Shown: positions 1 through 8,513, counted from the stretch's first letter. The stretch is DNA of 58,452 nucleotides from Chloroflexota bacterium (GCA_030666985.1 DAOUWT010000001.1:1-58452); one strand, 5' to 3'. Notes: generated by a model from the letters alone, not told the origin. A program made the numbers and translations.

Positions 1-588
1 ACGGAGCACCCCCCCAGCGCCCCCGGGTCGCCCCCCCCCGCCCCCCCCACCGAGGTCACGCCCATCCCCGCCCCCCCGCCGCCCCCCACCGAGCCTGATC
101 CCCCCCCCCCGCCGACCCTCACGCCCACGGCTTCCCCCACCAATCCCCCTTTTACCCCTGCCTTTACCTCCACATTCACCCCCACCCCTACCGCCACGGA
201 GGCACCCTACCCTTACGCCATCCAAGAGGGATGCCCGGTGTACATGCCAAACTTTGCTCACCTCGACGCTGGCTGTGATTGGCTGGGCGTAGCGGGCCAT
301 GTCTTTGACGCCAACCAGGAAGTAATTGCAAACCTGGTCGTTGTTGCCGGCGGAACCCTGGGTGGTAATCCCATTGACATGTTGACAATGACAGGGATGT
401 CGACCGATTACGGGCAGGGAGCTTATGAATTGGTTTTATCCTCCACGGTTGTGGCTTCGGAGGGCAGCGTTTGGATTCAGGTTTTAGGCCTAGATGGACA
501 ACCCATCACGCCGAAAGTCTATCTTGATACCAGTGAAGATTGCTTGCAGAACTTGATTCTCTTGAATTTTGTGCAAGTTGGGGAGTAA
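1..588 (+). CDS. 3' end of a larger secreted-type protein (Pro/Thr-rich linker plus ~120-aa C-terminal globular domain); the 5' end lies outside the window
   Basis: Frame 1 is open from nt 1 to TAA at 586-588. Nt 1-225 translate to a PT linker ([67 protein letters not shown]), like those in the 2815-aa protein. The GTG at 238 in the ORF track is therefore probably internal. Confidence 0.6.
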   Translation, partial: TEHPPSAPGSPPPAPPTEVTPIPAPPPPPTEPDPPPPPTLTPTASPTNPPFTPAFTSTFTPTPTATEAPYPYAIQEGCPVYMPNFAHLDAGCDWLGVAGHVFDANQEVIANLVVVAGGTLGGNPIDMLTMTGMSTDYGQGAYELVLSSTVVASEGSVWIQVLGLDGQPITPKVYLDTSEDCLQNLILLNFVQVGE

Positions 589-642
589 GGGGATGGGGGG
601 GATGGGGGGACTGGGGGGCGTGGGAGCAGGGGGACTGGGGAG
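589..642. repeat. G-rich short-period tandem repeat (GGGGAYKG-like octamers)
   Basis: ggggatgg gggggatgg ggggactgg ggggcgtgg ... ggggactgggg sits directly after the stop codon. It is roughly the reverse complement of the TCCCARTC array at 4432-4676. Confidence 0.8.
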
Positions 643-673
643 TTTACCACTTGCATACTTGCCCCCCTTATAG

Positions 674-692
674 TAAAATCAGGCCAACCTCA
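674..692 (+). promoter_or_regulatory. Weak DtxR/IdeR-box-like site upstream of the DtxR-family gene
   Basis: TAAAATCAGGCCAACCTCA matches the IdeR/DtxR consensus TTAGGTTAGGCTAACCTAA at 13 of 19 positions by manual alignment. The right half, AGGCcAACCT, matches best. It abuts a TATAGT -10-like hexamer at 669-674. Confidence 0.25.
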
Positions 693-728
693 AAAATACC
701 CCGCTAATTCTTTGGGCGTTCTTGATAA

Positions 729-1394
729 ATGGCCGAAAAACTTATTTCTCTCAGCGAAAACGTACAAATGTACTTAGTGTCTATAGCTCGTTCGTGCGAG
801 AATGATCAACCTGTACCTCTGTCGCAGTTGGCAGAGGATTTTTCTATTTCTGCCTCCTCTGTCAATGAGATGTGCCGTAAATTGGAAAAACAAGGCTACC
901 TGACTTATCAGCCATACAAAGGAGTGCTGCTTACTCCAAATGGAAAAGAAAAAGCGAACTATATTTTGCGTCGCCACCGTTTGTGGGAAGTCTTCTTGGT
1001 AAATAAATTGGGGTTCAATTATGAGGACGCTCACGAAGCCGCTTGCCAATTAGAGCACGTTACGACTAGCGCCTTAGCCGATCAACTGGATACGTTTTTA
1101 GGGAATCCCAAGGTCAATCCGCTGGGAGAGCTTATCCCCGCCGGGCGAGGCGATTCTCAAGTCGTGAACGGCCTTCCCCTGACTTCATTTTCCCCGGGGC
1201 AGCAAGTGCATGTTTTATATTGTGAGGATGATGTGTCAACAGTGGAGTATTTGGCTGAGCAAGGGATTCGTCCCGGAGGTATCCTTCTTATCCAAGCGGT
1301 GACGTCCGAGAGTTTATTGCTTCAAGTCAGCGGGCAGAGAATTGCTCTGGCGAATGCCTTGGCTGAAAATATATATGTTGTGCTAGAGAATTAA
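729..1394 (+). CDS. DtxR/MntR/IdeR-family metal-dependent transcriptional regulator with C-terminal FeoA/SH3-like domain
   Basis: N-terminal wHTH (PLSQLAEDFSISASSVNEMCRKLEKQGYL) and a dimerisation/metal-binding helix (RRHRLWEVFL...EDAHEAACQLEHV). The C-terminal FeoA-like segment is followed by feoA-feoB on the same strand. Confidence 0.9.
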   Translation: MAEKLISLSENVQMYLVSIARSCENDQPVPLSQLAEDFSISASSVNEMCRKLEKQGYLTYQPYKGVLLTPNGKEKANYILRRHRLWEVFLVNKLGFNYEDAHEAACQLEHVTTSALADQLDTFLGNPKVNPLGELIPAGRGDSQVVNGLPLTSFSPGQQVHVLYCEDDVSTVEYLAEQGIRPGGILLIQAVTSESLLLQVSGQRIALANALAENIYVVLEN

Positions 1395-1416
1395 CGTATA
1401 GATAGGAGAATTTATT

Positions 1417-1653
1417 ATGGTGTTAACCGATGCTGAATGTGGACAAAATGTGCGAATCGTTTCCTACCAAGGCGGTAGGGGAGTATCTTCCAAGCTGCGG
1501 CAACTAAGCCTCATGCCCGGAGATTGCCTTCAGGTGCTCAAAAAAGCCCCTCTCCGAGGGCCTATTCTCATAGAATCCAATGGCCGGTCTGTGGCCTTGG
1601 GGCGTGGCGTAGCCGTCAAGGTGACAGTGGAGGATATTGACGGATGCGATTAG
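1417..1653 (+). CDS. feoA: FeoA family ferrous iron transport protein
   Basis: 78-aa SH3-like protein with an AGGAG RBS 8 nt upstream. It overlaps the feoB start by 10 nt. Confidence 0.85.
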   Translation: MVLTDAECGQNVRIVSYQGGRGVSSKLRQLSLMPGDCLQVLKKAPLRGPILIESNGRSVALGRGVAVKVTVEDIDGCD

Positions 1654-3572
1654 CGCTCATTGGCCAGCCCAACGCCGGGAAAAGCACCCTCTTCAATCAG
1701 GTGGCCGGGTACAAGGCCGAAACAGGTAACTTCCCCGGCACAACGGTAACTTTCACTGAAAGTACGGTCCAGGTCTTGGGGCAAACAATTGACTTGGTTG
1801 ACCTGCCCGGCACTTATTCTCTCTCTGCGGCAAGTTTGGCCGAACAAGAAACTATCCGCTATTTGGCCTCTCACGAAGTGGATGTCATCATCAACTTGCT
1901 TGATGCTTCCCATTTAATACAAGGCTTTGACTTGACCCTGGAATTGCTCGAACTAGGCCGTCCAGTCGTCGTGGGGATGAATATGATGGATGAGGCCGCC
2001 CGCCTGGGACTCACCATCGATGGAGAGCAACTCCAAGAGCTGTTGGGTGTTCCCGTTTTGCCCCTCGTGGCTAACCGGGGACGGGGGATTCAAAGATTGT
2101 TCACCACCGCCATTCAGGTGGCACGAGAGGGGAAAGCAACTCCCCGTTTGCCCTATAAGAACAAAATCCTCGAGCAATCTGTGCAATCATTAGCCGTGCA
2201 TTTAGAAGACAATAAATTAGGGTGGATGCCAGATGCTCTCGCAATCAGGCTTCTCGAAGATGGAAAGAACCTCTCCTCAGACCTGGAGCGAGACTTTCCT
2301 GAGATAGATCATCTCGTCCACGAACAAAAACAGGTCATTCTCGAAGAGCATGGCAACGAACCTGAATGGGTCTTTGCCGCAGAACGCCATGCCCTGGCCA
2401 GGGAGTTGACCAGTAAAATTATCACAAAAGGGGAAGAACGTGTCACCTGGCAAACCCGTTTAGACGATGTCTTACTCCATCCTTTTTGGGGATACGTTGT
2501 CATGTTGGGGATCCTGTGGCTGTTTTTCCAAGGCGTATATACAGTCGGGAGTTGGTTAGAAGAACCCCTTTTAGCACTTTTTGATACTTTCTCCCTCCAA
2601 GTGGCAACCTGGCTTGGGAGCGGAACAATCTGGACGAAAATGCTGGTGGGAGGGATTCAAGGCATCGCCGGGGGGGTGGCTATCGTCCTCCCTTACCTGG
2701 TGCCCTTCTTGTTGGGAATGGGCTTCTTGGAAGATGTAGGCTACCTGCCCCGTTTGGCGTTCATGACAGATGTTCTCATGCACCGGTTGGGCCTGCACGG
2801 CAAGGCCATAGTCCCCTTCATTTTGGGCTATGGATGCAATGTCCCCGCCGTGATGTCAACCAGAACATTGAGAGACCGCCAAGATCGCTTTTTAGCAGCC
2901 TTGTTAGCGACAATGGTTCCTTGCGCAGCCCGTTTATCCATTGTCTTTGGCTTAGTAGCTTTTTACCTTGGCCCGGTGTATGCGATAGCTATTTATGTAC
3001 TCAATATCTTAGTGATTGCGGTTGTAGGACGTGTGATTTCCCATCGGTTTTTGAAAGGAAGCCCCGGACTGATTTTGGAAGTACCCGCTTACCGTCTCCC
3101 TACTTTGAAGACAGTTGTTCAGAAAGCCTGGTTTCGGATCAGGGAATTTGTAGTAGAGGCCTGGCCTCTGCTCATTGCCGGTAGCGTAGTCTTAGAGATC
3201 GCCAACATCCTCCGCATATCAGAAGTTGTCAACATCATATTCCGCCCGCTGACTTGGGTTTTAGGGTTGCCTACGGCAGTGGGAATGCCTTTAGTATTTG
3301 GAATCTTGCGAAAAGAATTATCCCTCATCATGCTTCGCCAAGCCCTGAACGTGACCGATTTCTCAGACGCCCTCAACCCCGAACAAATGCTCTCGTTCAC
3401 GGTTTTCGTCGTCTTCTACGTCCCCTGCGTAGCCACCCTAGTCGCCCTCCGCAAAGAACTTGGCACCCGCAAAATGTGGATCATCACCGCCCTCACCGTA
3501 GTGATAGCTCTCGTGGCAGCCCTATTTACCCGTCTGGTTGCAATCCCCCTAGCCCCCGTATTGGCCTTCTAA
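1644..3572 (+). CDS. feoB: Ferrous iron transporter FeoB (N-terminal G-domain plus polytopic permease)
   Basis: G1 GQPNAGKST, G3 DLPG, and a long hydrophobic C-terminal region with the typical FeoB gate motifs. 642 aa. Confidence 0.95.
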   Translation: MRLALIGQPNAGKSTLFNQVAGYKAETGNFPGTTVTFTESTVQVLGQTIDLVDLPGTYSLSAASLAEQETIRYLASHEVDVIINLLDASHLIQGFDLTLELLELGRPVVVGMNMMDEAARLGLTIDGEQLQELLGVPVLPLVANRGRGIQRLFTTAIQVAREGKATPRLPYKNKILEQSVQSLAVHLEDNKLGWMPDALAIRLLEDGKNLSSDLERDFPEIDHLVHEQKQVILEEHGNEPEWVFAAERHALARELTSKIITKGEERVTWQTRLDDVLLHPFWGYVVMLGILWLFFQGVYTVGSWLEEPLLALFDTFSLQVATWLGSGTIWTKMLVGGIQGIAGGVAIVLPYLVPFLLGMGFLEDVGYLPRLAFMTDVLMHRLGLHGKAIVPFILGYGCNVPAVMSTRTLRDRQDRFLAALLATMVPCAARLSIVFGLVAFYLGPVYAIAIYVLNILVIAVVGRVISHRFLKGSPGLILEVPAYRLPTLKTVVQKAWFRIREFVVEAWPLLIAGSVVLEIANILRISEVVNIIFRPLTWVLGLPTAVGMPLVFGILRKELSLIMLRQALNVTDFSDALNPEQMLSFTVFVVFYVPCVATLVALRKELGTRKMWIITALTVVIALVAALFTRLVAIPLAPVLAF

Positions 3573-3590
3573 GTACCTGCAACGCTCTGA

Positions 3591-3639
3591 GGGGAACGGC
3601 AGTTCCCCGGACTCCCCCCGCAGGATCTGCCGATCCTGC
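3591..3639 (+). terminator. Two tandem GC-rich hairpins after feoB (possible terminator, no U-tract)
   Basis: GGGGAAC-ggca-GTTCCCC (3591-3608) and GCAGGATC-tgcc-GATCCTGC (3620-3639). Neither is followed by a T-run. Confidence 0.25.
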
Positions 3640-3686
3640 TCGAGCGTAGTGAAATACTGTAGAATTTATGCTCGACTACTTAATAT

Positions 3687-4280
3687 ATGCCTCTTATTTC
3701 CCTTGCCATCTCTTTCCTAGCCGCTTACCTACTCGGCTCCCTTCCCTTCGGCCTATGGATTTCCCGCATAGTCGCGGGAGTCGATATCCGTGAGGGGGGA
3801 TCAGGCCACGTCACCACCACCAACACCATGCGTCATGCAGGATGGCCCGCGGGCGTGTTAGTCCTCCTCCTCGACACCGCCAAAGGGTTTGCGCCCACCT
3901 ACCTGGGGGCGAGGTTGGGACTCCCCGCCTGGGGGATAGCCCTAACCGCGGCCCTGGCGGTGGTGGGACACTGTTGGCCGGTGTGGGCCGGCTTCCGGGG
4001 CGGGATGGGGCTGGCGATCACCGGGGGGACGTTTTTGGCCGTTAACCCGCTGGGGTTTGCGGTTGGGCTGGGCGTGTTGGTAGCCCTGGTGCTGCTCTAC
4101 GGCCACTCCGCCCGTGGGAGCGCCATGACGGGCCTGACCATTCCCCCCGTGTTATGGCTCCTCGGACAGCACGGCCCAATCCTCTGGGTGGCCGTCGCCG
4201 CGGGCTGGGTGCTAGCCATCCGCTTCTTCACCGAAGACTGGAACCGGGAATATAAAGAATTGTGGCTGGATAGGGAATGA
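3687..4280 (+). CDS. plsY: Glycerol-3-phosphate acyltransferase PlsY family
   Basis: 197-aa membrane protein with [15 protein letters not shown] (GSGNxGxTN-like), DTAKG and FRGGMG motifs. Confidence 0.8.
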   Translation: MPLISLAISFLAAYLLGSLPFGLWISRIVAGVDIREGGSGHVTTTNTMRHAGWPAGVLVLLLDTAKGFAPTYLGARLGLPAWGIALTAALAVVGHCWPVWAGFRGGMGLAITGGTFLAVNPLGFAVGLGVLVALVLLYGHSARGSAMTGLTIPPVLWLLGQHGPILWVAVAAGWVLAIRFFTEDWNREYKELWLDRE

Positions 4281-4362
4281 GACGTGAAACGTGAAACGTG
4301 AAATGTGAAACGTGATGAGTGAAACGTGAAACGTGATGAGTGAAACGTGAAACGTGATGCGT
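4281..4362. repeat. Heptamer tandem repeat (ACGTGAA)n
   Basis: About 11 consecutive 7-nt units (acgtgaa/atgtgaa/acgtgat/gagtgaa) start right after the plsY stop. The inverted partner (TTCACGT-type) lies at 5717-5751. Confidence 0.9.
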
Positions 4363-4431
4363 AGTTCTTGTAGCAATTTGGAGTGGGGAAAGAAGCTTAT
4401 TGCTATCTCCCCCGTTCCCTTGCTCCCACTG

Positions 4432-4676
4432 CACCAATCTACCAATCTCCCAGTCTCCCAGTCCCCCAATCTCCCAGTCTCCCAGTCTCCCAATCTCCCA
4501 ATCTCCCAGTCTCCCAGTCCCCCAATCTCCCAGTCTCCCAGTCTCCCAATCTCCCAGTCTCCCAGTCTCCCAATCTCCCAATCTCCCAGTCCCCCAATCT
4601 CCCAGTCTCCCAGTCTCCCAATCTCCCACTCCACCAATCTACCAATCTACCAATCTCCCAATCCCCAATCTACCAA
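4432..4676. repeat. Octamer tandem array (TCCCARTC)n, about 30 units
   Basis: A strict 8-nt period runs over ~245 nt (tcccagtc/tcccaatc/ccccaatc/accaatct). All six frames are open here and give the artefactual GDWEIGRL / SQSPNLPV ORFs. Confidence 0.95.
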
Positions 4677-4681
4677 CTTTG

Positions 4682-5524
4682 CTATTCGCTCATAGCCCTC
4701 TGGATGCGGGCGAGGTCTTTTTGCGTTTTGGCGGCGTATTCTGAGTTGAGCATTTGAAATAGAGCTTGTGCTTCATCCATGGTTTGGCGGGCGTCCTCTA
4801 GTTCGGTGAGAGCCTCCAAGGCGAGGGCTTTGTTGGCTAAGGCAATGGCCTGGCGGTGCGGGTCGCCGATTTCAATGGCTAGGTCAATGGCTTGTTGGTG
4901 GTAGTTGATGGCTGTGCGGAGGTCTTTTTGCCGGGAATAGATCATGCCCAGTAAATCAAAAATCATTACTAAGGGGATTTGGGTTTTTAATTCTTTGGCC
5001 AAATCGTGAGCGACAAGGGCAAACCCCAAGGCTTGTTGGGGACGTTTGTCTTGGAGGTAAGCGTCGGCGAGATTTATTTGAGCCTGGAGCTGCATTTGTT
5101 TGTCTTCTAACTCTATCCCAGCATCCATGACTTTTTTATGGAATCTGACAGCTTTGACATAATTTTCTAGGGCGGCGTGGGCCAATCCCAGGTTGCCGTA
5201 AATGGCGAGTTGGAGGTCTTCATCTTCAAGTTCTTGGGCAATCTTCAAAGCTGTTTCCAAGTCTGTGAGCGCCTCTTGAGGGCGTTGGGAAATTGATTTG
5301 ATAGCGCCAAGGTTTGTTAGAGATCGGACTTGTTGTTCCTTTAACCCCAACTCGGCGAAGAGGGCAATGGCCTGATGGTAATGGTGAGAAGCCTCTTGAT
5401 AAGTGTTGCGCCTCAGAAAGATTTTGCCTAGCTTGGCGTGTATCTGGGCTTGGATATGCTTGTCATCAGATTGGCTGGCTTGCTCTAGTGTTTGGTACAG
5501 GGCTTGAAGTTGGGTGTTTGTCAT
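4682..5524 (-). CDS. Tetratricopeptide-repeat (TPR) protein
   Basis: Repeated 34-aa TPR-like units (A..Y.QAI.L....GD......L.NLG). I place the start at ATG 5524 (MTNTQLQALY...), because the upstream 66 codons of the tracked ORF translate intergenic repeat sequence. Confidence 0.8.
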   Translation of the reverse strand: MTNTQLQALYQTLEQASQSDDKHIQAQIHAKLGKIFLRRNTYQEASHHYHQAIALFAELGLKEQQVRSLTNLGAIKSISQRPQEALTDLETALKIAQELEDEDLQLAIYGNLGLAHAALENYVKAVRFHKKVMDAGIELEDKQMQLQAQINLADAYLQDKRPQQALGFALVAHDLAKELKTQIPLVMIFDLLGMIYSRQKDLRTAINYHQQAIDLAIEIGDPHRQAIALANKALALEALTELEDARQTMDEAQALFQMLNSEYAAKTQKDLARIQRAMSE

Positions 5525-5620
5525 ATTGGTCTGAGTGGTCTTATTGGTCGAGGTGGTCTGAAGGCATTGAAATGCCACGACGTACACTCCTATTTTAGCA
5601 CTTGGCTGTAGGAGAGCAAG

Positions 5621-5751
5621 CCCACGCGCCCTATGCTTCACGCTGCCCCACCAGCCCCGTCCCCCTCCCCAGGTTTTTTCCACGCTTAGGCGTGCGTGCC
5701 ACGCTTGGGGCTTGCTCTTCACGCATCACGTTTCACTTTTTACGTTTCACG
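5621..5751 (-). repeat. Copy of a dispersed G-rich/hairpin element, plus CGTTTCAC heptamer repeats
   Basis: The reverse complement reads gcgtgaagagcaagccccaagcgtggcacgcacgcctaagcgtgg..., matching 8581-8664. Nt 5717-5751 (cttcacgcatcacgtttcactttttacgtttcacg) are the inverse of the 4281-4362 heptamers. Confidence 0.75.
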
Positions 5752-5762
5752 AACTGGGTTTC

Positions 5763-5791
5763 TTGACGGGTGTATCTCCTTATGCTATCCT
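5763..5791 (+). promoter_or_regulatory. Sigma70-like promoter candidate for the Roadblock operon
   Basis: TTGACG (5763-5768), 17 nt, TATCCT (5786-5791). An alternative TATAAT lies at 5821-5826. Confidence 0.3.
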
Positions 5792-5885
5792 ATTTACTAT
5801 TGCAGGATGTGTTTTCAGGGTATAATAGGCGCTGAAAGGATTTTCCCATTACAACGTTCATTTTAATAAATGGAGGGATGAAAAA

Positions 5886-6257
5886 TTGGCTAAGTCACGT
5901 TCCCAACTTATGATAGAACGCTTGCGAGATTTGCAGGCATCGTCGCCTGATATTGAGGCTTCAGCAATTGTCAGTGTAGATGGCTTGACAATTGCTTCTG
6001 CGTTGCCTCAGGATGTGGAAGAAGATCGTGTGTCCGCTATGTCGGCTGCAATGCTCTCCTTGGGCGAGCGAATTGCAGCTGAATTAGGCCGCGGTCAACT
6101 AGACCAGGTTTATATAAAAGGCGACGAAGGATATGTCGTGCTAATGTCTATTGGTGAAGAAGCTGTTCTTACAGCTTTGGCTCGCCAAGATGCGAAATTA
6201 GGCTTGATTTTCCTTGACATGCGACGTGCTACAGAAGACCTGGCACAATTTATTTAG
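5886..6257 (+). CDS. Roadblock/LC7 (MglB/CvnB-like) domain protein
   Basis: 123 aa with a typical Roadblock pattern (IEASAIVSVDGLTIAS...DRVSAMSAAMLSLGERIA...V.I.G..GYVVL). TTG start with a GGAGGG RBS 8 nt upstream. Confidence 0.85.
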   Translation: MAKSRSQLMIERLRDLQASSPDIEASAIVSVDGLTIASALPQDVEEDRVSAMSAAMLSLGERIAAELGRGQLDQVYIKGDEGYVVLMSIGEEAVLTALARQDAKLGLIFLDMRRATEDLAQFI

Positions 6258-6267
6258 GTGGTGAAAT

Positions 6268-6903
6268 ATGGAAGCTATTCCTGAAAGTGGGTTTTATTAC
6301 CCGAATAAATTTGCTTTGATCACGCTGAAAGCTCTCGAAGAGGTCATGGGCAGAAATGGTTTGAATGCCATTTTAAACTTGGCGAACTTACCACATTTGA
6401 TTGGGAATTATCCCGCCGATAACCTTAAAAAGGAGTTTGATTTTTCACACTTCTCGATGGTTGTTGAGGGATTGGAGGAGATGTATGGCCCCCGGGGTGG
6501 GAGGGGTCTGGCCTTACGAGCAGGACGGGCTACATTCTCGGATGCTCTGCGTGATTTTGGGGCATTGGCCGGAGCCGGAGATTTGGCTTTCAAGGTTTTG
6601 CCTCTCCAAGCGAAATTGCGGATTGGTATACCAGCGATGGCGAAAATCTTCTCCCAGATGAGTGACCAGAAAAGCACCGTCGAAGAAACAGATAGCGAAT
6701 ATATATATACCATTCACCGTTGTCCTGTTTGCTGGGGGCGAAGCGGAGAAGATAAACCGATTTGTTTTGTAGCTGTTGGCTTGCTTCAAGAAGGTCTGAA
6801 GTGGGTTTCTGGCGGAAATGAATTCCGCGTTAATGAATCCAAATGTGTCGCAATGGGACATGATGTTTGTGAATTCATTATTCAAAAGAAACCTATTGGA
6901 TAG
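6268..6903 (+). CDS. V4R (4-vinyl reductase) domain protein
   Basis: C-terminal V4R signature HRCPVCWGRSGEDKPICFVAVGLLQEGLKWVSGGNEFRVNESKCVAMGHDVCEFII. It starts 10 nt after the Roadblock gene. Confidence 0.8.
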   Translation: MEAIPESGFYYPNKFALITLKALEEVMGRNGLNAILNLANLPHLIGNYPADNLKKEFDFSHFSMVVEGLEEMYGPRGGRGLALRAGRATFSDALRDFGALAGAGDLAFKVLPLQAKLRIGIPAMAKIFSQMSDQKSTVEETDSEYIYTIHRCPVCWGRSGEDKPICFVAVGLLQEGLKWVSGGNEFRVNESKCVAMGHDVCEFIIQKKPIG

Positions 6904-6910
6904 GGGAGAA

Positions 6911-7786
6911 ATGGTTGTGGAAAATAAGGCGAATATTCTAATTGTAGAAGATGATTTGGATGTCGCAGAAATGCTCGAGGCATATTTCCGCGTTCAAGGG
7001 TATCAGGTCTCATCTGTTAATTGGGGAGAAGACGGCGTTAAAGCTTGTCGGAAGAACTTGCCGGATTTGGTGATCCTGGATATTCGTCTTCCAGATATTG
7101 ATGGCTTCGAAGTTGCCCGACGTTTGCGCAAAAATAATCGTACCGCGGGTATCCCAATTATTTTCTTGACCGAAAAGCGTACGCGTGCCGATCGTTTAGA
7201 AGGCCTTGGTTTGGGGGTTGATGACTACATTACAAAACCCTTTGATATCCAAGAATTACGTCTTCGGGTTCGGAATTTGCTTACCCGATCTGACCAACGC
7301 GCAATTAAAAATCCGGTGACGGGGCTGCCCGAAGATGCTCTGGTCAATGAACGATTAGAAGAATGTTTGGAAACCGCGGAAGGCTGGGTGTTATTGGTAA
7401 TTTCTCTGGAAAACCTGGATAGTTTTCGCGAACAATATGGCTTTGTAGCCTCCGATGATGTTCTACGAGCAACCAGTTTAATGATCCACAATGCTGTGCG
7501 TGATTTGGGCGGAACTTCTGATTTTGTGGGGCACATCAACCCTACTGATTTTCTAGTGGTGACTACCTCCGAAACGTTAGACGCCATTGGAGAACGGGTT
7601 AGGAAACGCCTAAAGCAAGCCCTTGAGTATTTTTATCCCTTGAAAGACCGCTCTCTTGGCGGGAAGATGCCTTCTCGCTTGACGTTGAGGATGGGGCTTT
7701 TATCTGCACAGAGCGGCCCTTTCGAGAATGTAGATGTCTTGAAGACTCAGTTGTTGCAACAAAGGGTGGGTAAAGCTAGCGATTGA
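6911..7786 (+). CDS. Response regulator: receiver domain plus degenerate GGDEF-like domain
   Basis: REC motifs ILIVEDD, LVILDIRLPDIDG, DDYITKPF. The C-terminal GGDEF fold has NPTDF in place of GGDEF. I chose ATG 6911 (GGGGAG RBS), not the tracked 6818. It is a paralogue of 18488-19372. Confidence 0.85.
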   Translation: MVVENKANILIVEDDLDVAEMLEAYFRVQGYQVSSVNWGEDGVKACRKNLPDLVILDIRLPDIDGFEVARRLRKNNRTAGIPIIFLTEKRTRADRLEGLGLGVDDYITKPFDIQELRLRVRNLLTRSDQRAIKNPVTGLPEDALVNERLEECLETAEGWVLLVISLENLDSFREQYGFVASDDVLRATSLMIHNAVRDLGGTSDFVGHINPTDFLVVTTSETLDAIGERVRKRLKQALEYFYPLKDRSLGGKMPSRLTLRMGLLSAQSGPFENVDVLKTQLLQQRVGKASD

Positions 7787-7787
7787 A

Positions 7788-8513
7788 GTGAATATAAAAG
7801 TTGTTGTTCCTACTTATAACGAAGCGGAGAACTTGCCCAAATTGGCCTCCGCTTTGTTTTATTTACCCCTTTCTGGGTTAAGCCTCCTTGTTGTCGATGA
7901 TAGCAGTCCGGATGGGACTGGTCAAGTCGCGGATAATTTGGTTCGAAAATATCCGGGTCGTGTTTCTGTGTTACATCGTTTGGGGAAGCGGGGTTTTGCC
8001 ACAGCGTATTTGGACGGGTTTGCGCGTGTTTTGGAAGAGGGGGCAGAAGTTATAGTGCAGATGGATGCGGATTTTTCTCATAATCCTGAGCGAATTATAG
8101 ATTTAGTAGAGGCTTTGCAGGAAGGGGATATGGCGGTGGGTTCCCGCTATATTGCAGGTGGAGAATTGGATGAAAATTGGCCTCTTTGGCGTAAAGCCCT
8201 CTCGGGTTTTGGAAATGCGTATGCCCGGTTGATTTTAGGAATTCCCATTAAGGATGTTACCGGCGGGTTCCGGGCCTGGCGGAGGGAGACGCTGTTGGGG
8301 ATGCCGTTGGGGCAGGTTAAATCAAACGGGTACGGTTTCCAGGTGGAGATGGCCTACTTAGCCCACCGTTGCGGGTACAGCATCAAAGAAATACCAATTT
8401 ATTTTGCAGATCGCCGTTGGGGGGAATCAAAGATGTCTTTAGCTATCCAGCTAGAAGCTGCCTGGCGGGTTTGGATAATCCGCTTTTCCTATGGCGACAT
8501 CAATGGCTGTTGA
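7788..8513 (+). CDS. GT2 glycosyltransferase, polyprenol-phosphate mannose synthase (Dpm1/Ppm1)-like
   Basis: VVVPTYNEAENL, VVDDSSPDGT, QMDADFSHNP, GSRYIAGG, GGFRAWRRE. The GTG start is 1 nt after the preceding stop. Confidence 0.8.
   Translation: MNIKVVVPTYNEAENLPKLASALFYLPLSGLSLLVVDDSSPDGTGQVADNLVRKYPGRVSVLHRLGKRGFATAYLDGFARVLEEGAEVIVQMDADFSHNPERIIDLVEALQEGDMAVGSRYIAGGELDENWPLWRKALSGFGNAYARLILGIPIKDVTGGFRAWRRETLLGMPLGQVKSNGYGFQVEMAYLAHRCGYSIKEIPIYFADRRWGESKMSLAIQLEAAWRVWIIRFSYGDINGC

Noticed and set aside
4432-4676. Possible CRISPR array
   Set aside because: The period is 8 nt with no unique spacers. CRISPR repeats are ~24-48 nt and are separated by spacers of similar length. No cas genes lie in the window.
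4212-4757. Six overlapping 68-141-aa ORFs on both strands ([12 protein letters not shown]..., [12 protein letters not shown]..., [13 protein letters not shown]...)
   Set aside because: They are translations of the 8-nt and 7-nt tandem arrays. All frames are open only because the repeat units lack stop codons. There is no RBS and no non-repetitive domain.
5525-5722. N-terminal 66-codon extension of the TPR ORF (tracked start 5722)
   Set aside because: The extension translates the dispersed G-rich/hairpin element and the heptamer repeat (WGGGRGWWGS...). The TPR homology begins only after Met at 5524.
6818-6910. Upstream extensions of tracked ORFs at 6818, 25812, 37195, 48055 and 51831
   Set aside because: In each case an internal ATG with a better RBS or spacing starts the recognisable domain (6911, 25929, 37324, 48073, 51843). 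The extension overlaps the preceding gene or repeat sequence.
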